Positions 10,925-22,609 of a stretch of DNA of 64,000 bases are shown here, one piece after another. Source of the stretch: Takakia lepidozioides (Eukaryota; Plantae; Bryophyta); NCBI GenBank assembly GCA_030704615.1, contig CM060734.1, positions 52,700,001 to 52,764,000 of the forward strand, given 5' to 3'. The translations under genes were made by a program, and so were the position numbers. Each line of letters begins with the position of its first letter. The stretch's first letter is position 1. The notes under the pieces were generated by a model, which saw nothing but the letters and a program-made list of their open reading frames with translations, ran no database searches and was not told the DNA's origin.

Positions 10925-12390
10925 TTTGGGGAAAAAAATTAAAACCCCTTTTACATCATGAGGCGCACACACCGTAAGTGAATAAACGAACTTGACCTCT
11001 TACAAAAGAATTTGTCATAACCTGACTTGACTGGAGTCATACCATTCTCCATGGACCAAGATCCAAGAACCATGAATTAAAAGACTTTGTCCCCCAGATT
11101 AATGCACAACTAAAACAACCTACACTTGTCTATACTGAAGCCGCGAGGCTTTAGTGGAACCTATATGTTTCCAATTAATGTCCTGCTTCGAACTCTAGGG
11201 ACGCGGTGGAGTGTTGCACGAAGTCCTCTCCAGGAAGGAGGTGGCAAGTCGGTCCAGATGAGGCCCCGGTTCCCCCAGGTGGAGCAGAATGCATCATGGC
11301 TTGCCGCTACGATTTGAGGTTTTCGTTTGATATTTTGCACATAGCTTTGCCCATGCCTTCCTGAATTCAGTACCCAGATCGTAGAAAATGCAAGTAAGAA
11401 GAGCAGAGATAAATGTTGTTTCCTCCAAGAAAGTTTTGGTGCATCGGGCCGTCCACAGATGCCACAAAGTACTGCTTCTAAGTGTTTCGACGACCGGGCA
11501 GGTAACCGCAGTGGTTTTGGTGGTAGGGTCATAGTTTAGAAGAAGGTCTACTGCAGAGAGTTGTTTGGGATTCTGTTTGAAGTAGAAGTCTTTGACCAGA
11601 GGCAAGACTGTGGCTGGAGCATGACAATAAATGAGACAGTGTTCCATGCTTTCAATGATTCCTGCTGCACAGCATGCACACAGCATGACATCTTGAAACT
11701 GCAACCATTCCCCTACTTTAAGGACCTTGCTGACTATTAGCCAGAGAAATGGAGACATCTTGGCTGGTTTGGATTTCCGCCATACCGAGCTCCAGATTGA
11801 TGACCAGTTTTCATCCTTGAAACCAAGGTGCTCCCACCTGGTTCCCCTTTGTTTTTCAAAGGTTGAGCATTAGATAGAGCTTTATAGCCCTTTTTGGTAG
11901 TATAAGAGAAGAATGATTACATGGTTGTCGCCCAAACTTCGAAGACCATTCAGAGGGGTCAAACTAGTCAAGCTCCGCAAGGGGTATGCCTAATATCTAG
12001 TACAAGAACATGTTGGTTTTGAGCCAAGCATTCAAGGGTGTGATATTAATCGGCGGCTGTGGGTCCATTTCTTTTGGTATTGTTGACTAGCAGCATACTC
12101 TAATAGGTGTAAGAGGAATAGGGGGGAGAATTATTGATTGGCTTGACTGCAGGTGAAGCGTTAGGGTGACAGTATCAATATTAAAGGTATGAACCAAGTG
12201 ATTGTGAACGTGGTTTGGCTAACAAACAGAACTGTAAGCCTTGAGTTGTGGGTTGCTAGGGCCCAATAATTGACAGTTGGCATAAGTGTCCCGGCTTGCA
12301 GCTTCCCCAACCATTGCTGGTCCACAGACTGGATGAGTTGTGTATATGACCTCGTAACTCTTGTTTTCCCGACGATTGCAGCCATCGCAT
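10925..12390 (-). mobile_element. 5'-truncated, degenerate L1-type LINE (zf-RVT / C-terminal ORF2)
   Basis: ORF 11294-11758 FLWLIVSKVLKVGEWL..CACC..ESMEHCLIYC..LWHLWTARC; 3' end shared with 30460-30510. Confidence 0.8.
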
Positions 12391-12519
12391 TATGACGCAA
12401 TGTCCCTCCATTGTGCCAGAGGTGTCCGATTCGGGAGATTCCTAGTTTGTCCCAGGCAGACCAGCCACTGGGATCTTTCTTTCAACGACGCAACGGCGTA
12501 AGCGTGTGAGCGTACACTC

Positions 12520-12705
12520 ACACAATGGTGATGTGGCGTGAGCCTACACTCACGCGAGCTTACGTGGCGTGAGCGCACGGTCATGCCACGTGGCGTGAGC
12601 ATGCTGAGGTGGTCTGGGTATGCTGACGTGGCACTAGGACAACCATCGCCACGTCAGCAAAAACATAGGGCACCTATAACCAAGGGTCATATATCCGCGG
12701 ACTTT
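12520..12705. repeat. GTGAGC/CACGT-rich transposon-end repeat (same family as 17087-17290 and 20940-21070)
   Basis: Repeated gtggcgtgagc and gctgacgtggc, ending cctataacc..ccgcggact. Confidence 0.45.
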
Positions 12706-13319
12706 GTTCATGAACACATTGAACCTGAGAACCGCAAATGATAAATGGGACGTAGCTATGGTGTGAGCCAAGCCGCGTGAGCCCAGAAGCTCGGCTCACG
12801 CTTTGCCCTCTAAGCGTCAGCCCAGGGTTTAGAGGAGGGATAAGCAAATCCTATAAGCGAGGACATGGTTTAGATGGGGTCCTATTACCGTGGAAGCGTA
12901 TATTTTGGAAGAAGATGTGAACACGGCAAAACTTCCAAACACGGCAAACACTACAATATTGAGTCCCCTTTAGAAGCATGACGATCGACCCAATTCCCCC
13001 AGCCCTACTTCGTCAACCCCAAGCACTCTCACCCCAAGCACTTCACGCAGCTGGTCCCACCCTCCACCAGCCCCAAGTGCTTCACCTTTGAAGACGAGCC
13101 CCAAGCCGCGATCCCACCTGGCCCCACTCTCACCAAGCCCCAACCTTCTCTGGTCATTGTTCCTATAAGTATACTCCTGCAGCTCAGCCACACCCACTAG
13201 TGAGTTGCTTTTCAACCCACCGACAATAGTAGAACTCTATAGAATGTCAACTAGTGAACTAGGAAAGATGGCTATACAGGGGCTATACCAATTGGCTCTA
13301 CCAACTCTGGCCCGCGAGT

Positions 13320-13455
13320 AGCGGGTTTAACTGGTTCTGGACCTAGTTGGCGGGTCCGGGTCCGGTTCCGGGTTCATTTTAAAAATGAACCCGGGTCAGG
13401 GTCCGAGTTTTTGGTGATGGCACGGGTACGGATCCGGATAGGTAGCCCATAACAC
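13320..13455. repeat. GGGTCC/CCGG subterminal-type repeats with a hairpin; DNA-transposon (hAT-like) end fragment
   Basis: gggtccgggtccggttccgggttcattttaaaaatgaacccgggtcagggtccg, including a near-perfect palindrome. Confidence 0.4.
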
Positions 13456-13753
13456 GAATCAAAGATTTTCACATCAGCTGCTGGGATTCTACATCCTCTG
13501 ATTACACGTCGCACACTGCAATTGTCATGACCCGTTGGTATTCTGGTAAACATGACATGCCATTGTTGTCCAATCTTTCACTCGTTTCACCCGTTTCACG
13601 TGATCAAACATAAGAAAACACTTCTCCAGATCGCCAACCCTCTGCATCATCTTTACAAGGCTCACCCCACTACCCTCCCCAGTTGTCGACATCTTGAAAA
13701 AAAACACTTTAGTTTATCCTTGTCATGGGAACACACTATCTTGAATGTAGTCG

Positions 13754-14458
13754 TGTCGCGGCCCTTTGCCTTGAGGGCAGGGGGGTCGGGACGCAGAGGG
13801 GCTGCCCCTGTGGTGGGGGCGGTGGCAGCAATAGGTACGGGGGGGCTGAAGCACCCTTAAGTGCCCAAGGCACTCAAGGAGGCGGAGGCACTCACTAGGT
13901 GGAGCCCCGCACTCCACAAGGGGTGGTGGTAGCTTAGTGGGACTTAGTGGGGGTGGCATAGGACTTATCATGGGGTGGAGACCTTGTGGTGGGAGTCGTG
14001 GGGAGTCTTGGGACTCACAACGGTCCAATGCGGCCGTGGTGGGTGGGCCAAAACTCACCGCGACTCATCACCGGGAATTGAGGGTCTTCATGGTGGTTCG
14101 CCATAAAATGGCATGGTTGTTTGTGAAAACCCCGCGATCAGTCACAGAAGTATATATAGGGAGTAATAACCTCGAGAACGGTGCAAGCCCGTTGGTGACC
14201 AAAAACTAGTGAGTAAGCGAGCGAGCCGGAAAGAGACCAAGGAGTGGGGAGCTATTCTGGACTGCCATCTACCAAAGGGAATTTCCACTAGGCCCAAATT
14301 GGTGGAGGGTCTGTTGGGGGAAGAAAGGGGGACCGTTATGTTCCGGCGAGGAGCCGAAGCTCCGAGTTGGCCCGACGGCCAGGTTGGGAGTTAGGCGCGC
14401 ACATCAAAGCGAGTAACTATGACTTGAAGGGGAGCTTACCAAAGTGAGGTGCGCGACA
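13754..14458. mobile_element. Solo LTR (705 bp)
   Basis: TGTCGCG...CGCGACA inverted termini with 5-bp TSD AGTCG (13749-13753, 14459-14463). Confidence 0.85.
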
Positions 14459-14712
14459 AGTCGTACCTGTTGATTCGCTTCAATTCCAAAATGTTATCCA
14501 TATAGCATTTGTTTCCTGAGGTCATTCTCAATGCATTCACCTGGTGTCGAATGTTCGGCGAACTCAACGTGGAGAAATGATCCAAGACAATGTCCAAAGC
14601 TGGCCCTTCAAGTTTCATGTTTACAGAGTCTCTTACGCTAAGAATATGACTCTCCAAGAATGTCTTGTTTGCCCCCAAAAGCAATTGCGGAGGTTGTGGC
14701 TACTGGATTGCT

Positions 14713-16262
14713 TGTAGGGCGAAAGCAAGTGATAGAAAACAATGGCGAGAACAAAGCAACAAGCAGTGAACGATGGCATGGAGCGGACCTGGAAAGCGAA
14801 ATTGGTTAAGTATAAAGATGATACAGCGAGAATTTAGGGTAAAGGGATGGATGCAGGATGATCAGTGTTTTTTATTCCAATTGTCAGTGATGAATGAAAA
14901 TGGAGAACGGATGGAGAAACAAGTGAAAATTCATACATCACTGCAATGGATTCGAGAAGAGGATGAAAATAAAATCTTGAAATACAGATGGAAGTAGGGG
15001 ATGAAAAGTGAAATCATGGATGAAAATTTGACAAAGGAATTTAATTGGCAGGTTGATTATTTGAATCCTAAAAATGGCGAATTAAGTTCGGATGGGCGCA
15101 CCGTATGGGCAAAGGGATGGTCTGAGACCAAACTAAGATCGAGGAGATGAGGATGAAATTAATGTAACCGCAATTTTATGTTTAGGTGGGGATAAGGCAA
15201 AGGGGGATAATACCCGGCCTTGTCGTGACATTCCACGATGAAGAATCTGATTTAAATTCTCTGTTTGTAGTATATTATGAGCCCATGTGGGCAGTCAGTG
15301 ATATTGTGCGATGAAGAAGGAGAGTGAAATGAGAGCTCTAGGAAGAAGATAGCACCAGTTTTACATATGATACTTGGAGTGGATTGAGAACGGAGGAAAG
15401 TATAAGCATGTAGTGTGCCTTGTTGTTTTCATAACCAGCGAGTAGGCTGGTGTATCAGGCCTATTCGGCTGAAATATATAGTGCTGATTTCGATTTATGC
15501 ATTTGAGTCTCACGATCACGGGAGAAAGTTTTTTTACTTATTTTCCTTCACTATGTGCTAGATTGATCATAGAATTAGGATCTATTTCTTCACTAACACT
15601 AAGGATGAGGGCTGTTTGTACTTAGAATATGTAACACCATCAGATCATATGCAAGTGGTTTCCAGCATAGATAAATGGATTTAACAATTAGCTAGACTAG
15701 TATTATATGAACTGATTTACTATAGAGGCATAGAGATCACATAGAGTAATCTGATTTGATCCCTGTGATGGACTAACTCGTTACTGATATTAAGACCAGT
15801 AGATTATATACTATACCAATGCCTAGTGGAGGAAATTATGATCCAAGAAGCAAGTAAGATTACAAGTAGTTTACTTACCTCATAGAATTAGTAGAGCTGA
15901 ATCTTTCCGGAGATAACTCCCTTGCATCTCATATATTGAGAAATACATTAGTCCTGACCAAAACATCAGTAGATGATAACTTGATCTCTTCAGGTCAAGA
16001 CTAACTAAGTGGCACTCATTGAACGTTCTTCAACAAATGGAATGCCATGATATTGAAGTGCAGGTACGAGACAACATATGAACTCCAAAGGGATGATATT
16101 TCCTACTGTGCTTGGGCAAAATCAACACTAGAATACAATAAGTTTCATGCACAAATTCTACTGTCTATTCTTGGTTTTCTCTTCCGCTGCAGCCTAGGAT
16201 AGACAGAGTACTAACGGTTGATCAAGTTGATGTCTGGGTAGGTCCCCCTTTTTTTACTTACA
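14713..16262. mobile_element. LTR-like insertion (solo or composite LTR, 1550 bp)
   Basis: TGTA...TACA termini with 4-bp TSD TGCT (14709-14712, 16263-16266); removal restores the host reading frame. Confidence 0.7.
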
Positions 16263-17086
16263 TGCTCTCATACTCCTGTTTTATCAACCTCGACACTGAC
16301 TCAACACTTTCCCTATAATCCCCCTTTGACACAGGATGATTGTGAAAACCAAAATGCACACAAGCTCTTGTCGTGGTTTTGAGACGGTGCACCACATAGT
16401 ACATTCTTGCACCATACACTACCAGGCAAGCAGGTACGAGCCTGCAGAACCTGCACATGAAAGTGTCGGAGCTTGGAGGAGCCGCCCCAGGCTTGAATGG
16501 ATTGTCCGCAACACCCTCCCACTCGCTCTAGTTCTGAACTCCAGACTGAAGGAAATGCCTGCAATGGAAGTTCTTGCACCTCAGGTGCCCATTGCAAACC
16601 GTTCTCCTGAAAATGAGGTTGTCTTGATTTTGAATATTGGATGTTTTCGTTCTACACCACGGGTGTCCATCGTGTTTTTTATCCATTCCTTCCATTAGAC
16701 TTGAAATACGTCCAACCCGCCCAGGTGGAGGCAGGTCGAAGAGTATATCTCCATCAAAAGCCTCAGGCAGAAACGTCACGCACACAATTTTGAATATGTC
16801 CCACTGAATTCCCCGCAACTTGCTTTTAAAACTAGGCATCCTTCCCATTGACTTCAACTTTGGAATGACACTGCAGATGTGTGTAACGTCCGGATCCACA
16901 ACAAGCGGGGGATGCACCGTAGAAGGTAGTTTAGGGACGTCCTCCTCCGACGAGTCCGACAGCTCGATGATTGGGGTGAAGCTTGTTGTCTCCTTCTTCA
17001 CCACGAACTCCCTTTGTCTAGAACAACAGAAGCAGCTATTCCCAGTGTGACATAGGACTCAACGAACTGCCGCTGAGGATCTCCTA

Positions 17087-18992
17087 GGGGGGGTGCTTCC
17101 GCGTGAGCGCAACCAAGCTCACACCACGTCAATAGTTCTTGCCACGTTGGCTCACGGGTTTGACGCCACATCAGCAGACGTCGCCAGCGTGGTTGACGTC
17201 ACGTCACGTCAAGCCACGTCATTTCCATAGGCACGGACCTATAACCGCAGACCGAACATGCAGAAGGGGGCCTATAGCCGCGGACTTGCGCATTTGGCAC
17301 ATAAGGAACCATATGTGGGCGACGAGGCGAAGTGCGGAAGAGAGCTTATACTGAATGTTGCTGAATGATTGTGTTTGCAGACACCGAATATAGAAAAATG
17401 GTTGTAGATGAATTAATGAGGATGAAGGAGAGTCGATGTGGATGGCACTGTCAAGTTATTTTACCACTAGTGTGAAGTTAGCTAGGAAATAATTAGCTTT
17501 TATATATTAACATTTGGGATTGACCCAAGTGTCAATCCAGGGGCCAATACATGTTTGGGCACCTGACGTTGTTGTCTTCACGACATATCGCGGTGGGCTC
17601 ATCTTTCTCGAGTTGAGCCTCACCGTGTCTAGCTATGGCGCCGTAGTGTGGATTCCCCATGGCGTGGGGTGCACTTGGCTCGACTTAATATATGAGTGAT
17701 GTTTTCATGTGCAAGTATGTGAGTTTGAGAGAGCTTGTATGCTTGTATCTTTCCTTTCTTTATCACTCGAGAAAGATCAGCTCGAGTCTGTGAGTGTCAG
17801 GTTCGAGTTAGCTGTAGCACTTGTGTTTTCAGATCATGAAAAACGGTTAAGCCTAGAGTGCAGGGATTCGTGTATGAGCCTATCCAAAGCGGATAGAGTG
17901 CAAAGGCGAACAGGTTGCAGGTTTGCAATGGATAGAGAGGCGGTCAATGTTGCATAGCTCAACGCTATGGCAACTAAGTATGCGGTTCAGTGTGAAGCGG
18001 AAGAGATGCTGGCCACGAGTGGGCGAACTGGTGATCGTCTTCTTCAGCTGCAGGCCAAGTTAAGGAGCTGCATGAATGTGGGCTGCGCATGGAAAGCTAG
18101 TATGTTGCAGGTTGGAGATGATATGATCAGCTCCAGGTATTTCTGCTCGAAATCAGTTGTTGCGGGTAGATGAGGAGCAGCCGAATAGTGGAGTTGCGAG
18201 GGGATGCATCGAAGCCCGTTGGGAGCTTCAGCTCCAAGCTCATGACGAGGTATGAGTGAAGAGACGGGGCTGATCCCTCTTGTGTGCAAATCAGTGCACT
18301 TGTGAAGCATGTGCTGAGTTGGAGTTTCAATCTGAAACTCAGCAGTGTAAGGGCTCTTGGAGTGGCAAGAGCGGGGCTGGAAGGGCAGCAGCGAGGCGTC
18401 CTAGAGCCAGAGGATATGCATGAGAAGTGGAGGTGCACCAAGTTCGTAGAGGTGTGTATTTTTAGATTCGTTTTTATGAGCTTCATGAAGAAATGGAGCT
18501 TGTTGGGCAATATATAGCTTGCTTGTTGAGTTGGGGGTGCTTCTAGTGGGCCGTGAGAGCTCAGGAGTGCAGGGCGACGGGGCTGATGGCTCCGCAGAAG
18601 CCATAGCTCGTTGGCAGCAAGTGCAAGAGCAAACCCCAGCTCGGGGAGATCTCGGGAACGCGTGGGAATGCCTCGAGAACGTCTCGGGAATGCATGGAAA
18701 CTCGTTGGGAATTCCAGGGAATGTAGGGAATAGTGGCCGTGATGGGCCGTGGGGGCGGTATCACGAGATACCACGAGCCCAAGCCGTGACTATTGACCGT
18801 GACCATTGGAAGCCGTGGTGCGGACACCACGGGTAGGCACGGTGACCAGATCGGGATGGCGGGCCGTGAAGGTTCATGGGCGTGGTACCACGGGGTATCA
18901 CAGGGCAGCCCGTGGCCAACGAGCGCCTAGGGCGGGCTGTGAGGAGTCGTGGCGGTTGGAGCCACGGAAGGCCGCGAACAGGCAGAGTGAAA

Positions 18993-19024
<32 letters not shown>

Positions 19025-21070
19025 CAAAAAACTTTTTTCACTCGTGGGACCTTGATGGGGAGGCTGGGCTCTAAAGAACAACGGTTTTGAGCTAGATGAT
19101 CCGGCAGAAAAGTCGGAATTGCCTCCCTGTTGCATTTTAACAAAGGGGATTATTTCCCTGCAGATAATCTTTTCGGGTTTTCAGCCCAATTCTTAACTAT
19201 GGGGGGAGACCAGCCTGCAGGTAATTCCTTTGGACAGAATGTTGTTGGGGGCCTATATGTACCTCTATTTGCTCCACTAGAAGCATTTGTGTCTTTTCCG
19301 AATCGACTGCATGTCCAAAACCACTGAGGGAACAACTTTGAGATGTTTGTTACTACTGCACAGTCGTTACGGATAAATTCGCATTTCTAATGGCGGATAG
19401 AAGTTGCATCAATGACTCTGCAAACGGCGCAATATCCGCGGCGATTTAATTCAATTACGTAATTATTATTATTATTTAAAACAACAACTACAAGTGGTTT
19501 TAAGCACTAGAGATGGACTCTTAACAACTAGGCATTCATTGCACACCCTATTCAAAAATGGAATTTTTATAAGTGCTCCACATGGCTCATGACGTGGAAT
19601 ATTCTAATGTATTTAAGGGCTTGTGTGGCTCGTAGAGATTGTTCTAATCGTCGGATGTAAAATGATATAAGGGCGAAAGAGTAGCTTTGTCCTTTGCCTG
19701 AATTTGTCTAAGTGTTGGGAGAGGGATGGAGGCTTGGGAGAGAGACGAGCAAGTGATGCGAGAAGGACGAAGACCAAATCGAGGCCCATGTCCTGTTGTT
19801 GCAAGCGTTTATGGCGTAGGGGGCGCATTATGTGCAAATGTGGGCTCTTGGCTCCCCTTTGTACCATGATTTGGTATTCTTCCTCATGATCACAAGGTTC
19901 TTGGGGGAATCAGTTTGGTCTTAGCGGCCCATATTTTAATCTCTGCCCGCTCAGCTATACCGTGGTGGTTCTTACGGACCAATCCCACATTACCTGACTA
20001 CAGATACAAGCAGCACACACAAGAGGTCTTCTTGGGTTCATGGTCAGCTTGAGGCAAAATTCACATGGCAGACATCCTCTTCGTTGGACTTGTGTATTGC
20101 ATATTGTATTCTAAATGGGTTTTGTCGACATGTGCAGGAGTCCGCGTGCTTCCACTTGCCCTCCAGGGCCATCACACCTATTTGGACTTCTTTCCAGTCC
20201 TCCTCGGTCTTGCGTGCTACCTGTCTATGCGGAGGCACTCGCAACAAGCATGACCGTTCATGGCACTCGGAGTCCACCCATCGACGGCCGTGGTAGAAGA
20301 CGTGGTGTTGGGGCCAGAATCTTTGTGGATGACATAGCACAGGAGGTCGAGACTGATTCTGATGACTGTGACACTTGATATGAAGTTTTCTTTTGGTTTT
20401 ATTCGGGGCCAAATTTGAAATGGGATGGTTGTGTGTCCTTGTTGTCCTGTTTGCAATGTGTGCGTGGAATGCACATTAATGGGAACAAACTATTGTTGGA
20501 GATGGGGGTTGCATGGACTGCCCGGATTGTTCCTTCAATCTATTTAGTGTTTTCTGGACCTCACAGACTTGAGTGCATTGCAAAAATAAACAAACGACTT
20601 TGGTTCGTGTACAACATTCTCGCATCATTTGGTCGTTGGTCTCCAAATCATTCCTGCTAGAAGAATGGTTGGTGAATCCATCACGGTGAAGTCCACCTCA
20701 TCAAAGAGTTGTGAGGCATTCTCAAATCTAATGAGCATCCATGATGCTCCCGCACATACCTGGCATGTTCGCAAGGGTGGTGAGTAAGAAAAGATTTTGC
20801 AGGGTTCCGCTTTAGTTCATGTCAGTGTGCACCTCCTCACGACGTACCCACATAAACTTGTGAGGGCTTGGTATGTTGATAACGTCTGCATGGATGCAAT
20901 GGATACAATGGATGTAACATATCCACTTTGCATTCCCGGGAAATGGCTGATCAACCCGCGGAAATAGGTGACACCCGCGGAAATAGGCCCTGTATGTATG
21001 CTGACGTGGCGTGAGCCTGTGCTGGGCTCACGGTTTCCTGGGCTCACAGGCTCACGGAATAGCACCCCCC
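17087..21070. mobile_element. Region bounded by inverted GGGGGGTGCT..CGTGAGC / GCTCACG..AGCACCCCCC ends, containing degenerate TE fragments
   Basis: 17087-17290 and 20940-21070 are reverse-complement related (ccgcgg..tagg and GTGAGC motifs); no TSD found. Confidence 0.35.
18989..19031 (+). repeat. (CAAAA)n microsatellite
   Basis: aaaacaaaacaaaacaaaacaaaacaaaacaaaaa. Confidence 0.9.
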
Positions 21071-21462
21071 GGTGGGATGATATTGCAAAGGTGAGAGAAA
21101 TGATGAAGGTCAGAGGGGTTAGAAAGGAGCCAGATGACAAGTTGCATCCCAGAATTAAGGAAATCCATGTTGAGCTGAGAAGATTGTCTGGGCAGATGAA
21201 GGAGGCGGGGTATGTGCCTAACACGCGCTTTTTATTGCATGATGTGGAGGAAAGAAATTTTCTCTTAGCCACCACAGTGAGAAGCTGGCCATTGGTTTTG
21301 GGCTGATCAGCACGACTCATCAAGAATCTTCGAGTGTGTGGAGACTGCCACACCTCCACCAATTCATCTCAAAGATTGTTGGCCGAGCCATTGTTGTATG
21401 GGACGCTAACTACTTTCCACCACTTTGAAGATGAGATTTGTTCTTGTGGTGATTACTGGTGA
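21071..21462 (+). pseudogene. PPR E/DYW-domain pseudogene fragment (PG box deleted, frameshifts)
   Basis: RWDDIAKVREMMKVRGVRKEP|DDKLHP..GYVPNTRFLLHDV..SEKLAIGFGLIS..NLRVCGDCH..CSCGDYW*. Confidence 0.9.
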
Positions 21463-22001
21463 AAGGATGTTTTCTTGGAAAGATGCTAGTGTCTTGCTTC
21501 ATTCATTGATCTGTGTAGCTACTCAGACCATCCACCATTTCCTGATAGTGGGGTCTACCCGGCATAGGTAGGAAGTCAGCCCACAATTGCACTTGAGTGA
21601 AGGGGTGATTTTTGACTGATTCTGGTGACAATGGATGGAAATCAGAATGCTGTCCTAATTCTGGGTTTGGGTGGTGGAGCTTCTCCAAAGCTTGAAGATG
21701 GAGGTGAAGTTACATGAATATTGTCAAAAGCTAGCGTTAACCCACCAAGATCCAATCCCACGGTGGATGCTTGAAAGTTCATATAGTGAATGTAAGGGTA
21801 TTTGGGTACGTTGATATTGATTGATGCGGCTTGTGAAAATTGAACATTGAAATGCAGATCCGCCATTTTTCTTCCAAGAAAAAGCAAAACATGGGATCTC
21901 TGCATGTAACACAGTGGGGATGACCCACCTCTTTTTTGTGAAAAATTGAACGTAGTTCTTAGAATTCGTTGCTAGTAGTGCGGAGCAACACGAAGCTCTA
22001 G
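21071..22001 (+). repeat. Direct repeat copy 1 (copy 2 at ~27363-28396) ending in a Helitron-like hairpin + CTAG
   Basis: High identity through the DYW fragment, 3' UTR and downstream flank; homology ends at ..agcaacrcgaagcyCTAG|T. Confidence 0.8.
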
Positions 22002-22609
22002 TTTAGTGTAGAGCAGGAATAGGGTGCCATAATGCCACGTCATCGTCGCTACTTTTCGTCGCCACATCATCGTAGCCAGGTCATCGTAGACACATCATCA
22101 TCGTTGTCAATTTCTTTGGAATCTGCCCGGACTGCCCGCCCGAAATATGCCAATAGAAATCGTCGCGCCAACTTTTCCGGATTCGCCCGCAATGCCCGGA
22201 TCTTGATCTTCTTGAATTGCAGGAGCTCTGCGTTTTCCGCCTCCGTTCACCTTGGAAGCTGCAAGCTCTCAATGAATTGAGGAAATCCATGCTGAGGTAG
22301 ATTGTCTTGGCAGATGAAGGATCAAGCATAGAAATGTCTTAATGTGGCTTTCAACATTGGGTGAGCTAGTGAGGGTTGTAAAGTTCAAGAATTTGAGTGA
22401 TACGGAAACAGAAAACAACCAGATGGTGAACGCTACGAAGAATTGTAGTGGAGGGGATCTGTCATGGAGAAGGTATTTACTGAAGTTGAGGTCTTGTGGA
22501 TAGAACTCACATTGAAGTGTGAAAAGAAAAGTTGAAATTTGAACAGAACTGTTTGACTCTATTGCAATGGCCTTCATTTCAGAGTTGGTTTGAAGTCAAG
22601 TTTGACATA

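Larger units (their letters stand above)
13540..17050 (-). pseudogene. Transposase-like pseudogene (N-terminal GCM/WRKY-type zinc finger; MULE-like), interrupted by two nested insertions
   Basis: DGHPWCRTKTSN..RRTVCNGHLRCKN..CRFC..PAC..RACVHFGFHNHP; continuity restored across the insertions (EYES|NPVA; RYD|YIQDSVFP..KVFFFKMS..FDHVKRV..WTTMACHVY); several stops and frameshifts. Confidence 0.6.

Noticed and set aside
18600-18980. Short GC-rich repeats resembling an array
   Set aside because: Irregular ctcgggaa/ccgtgg motifs without constant repeat-spacer structure; typical TE subterminal sequence, not CRISPR.
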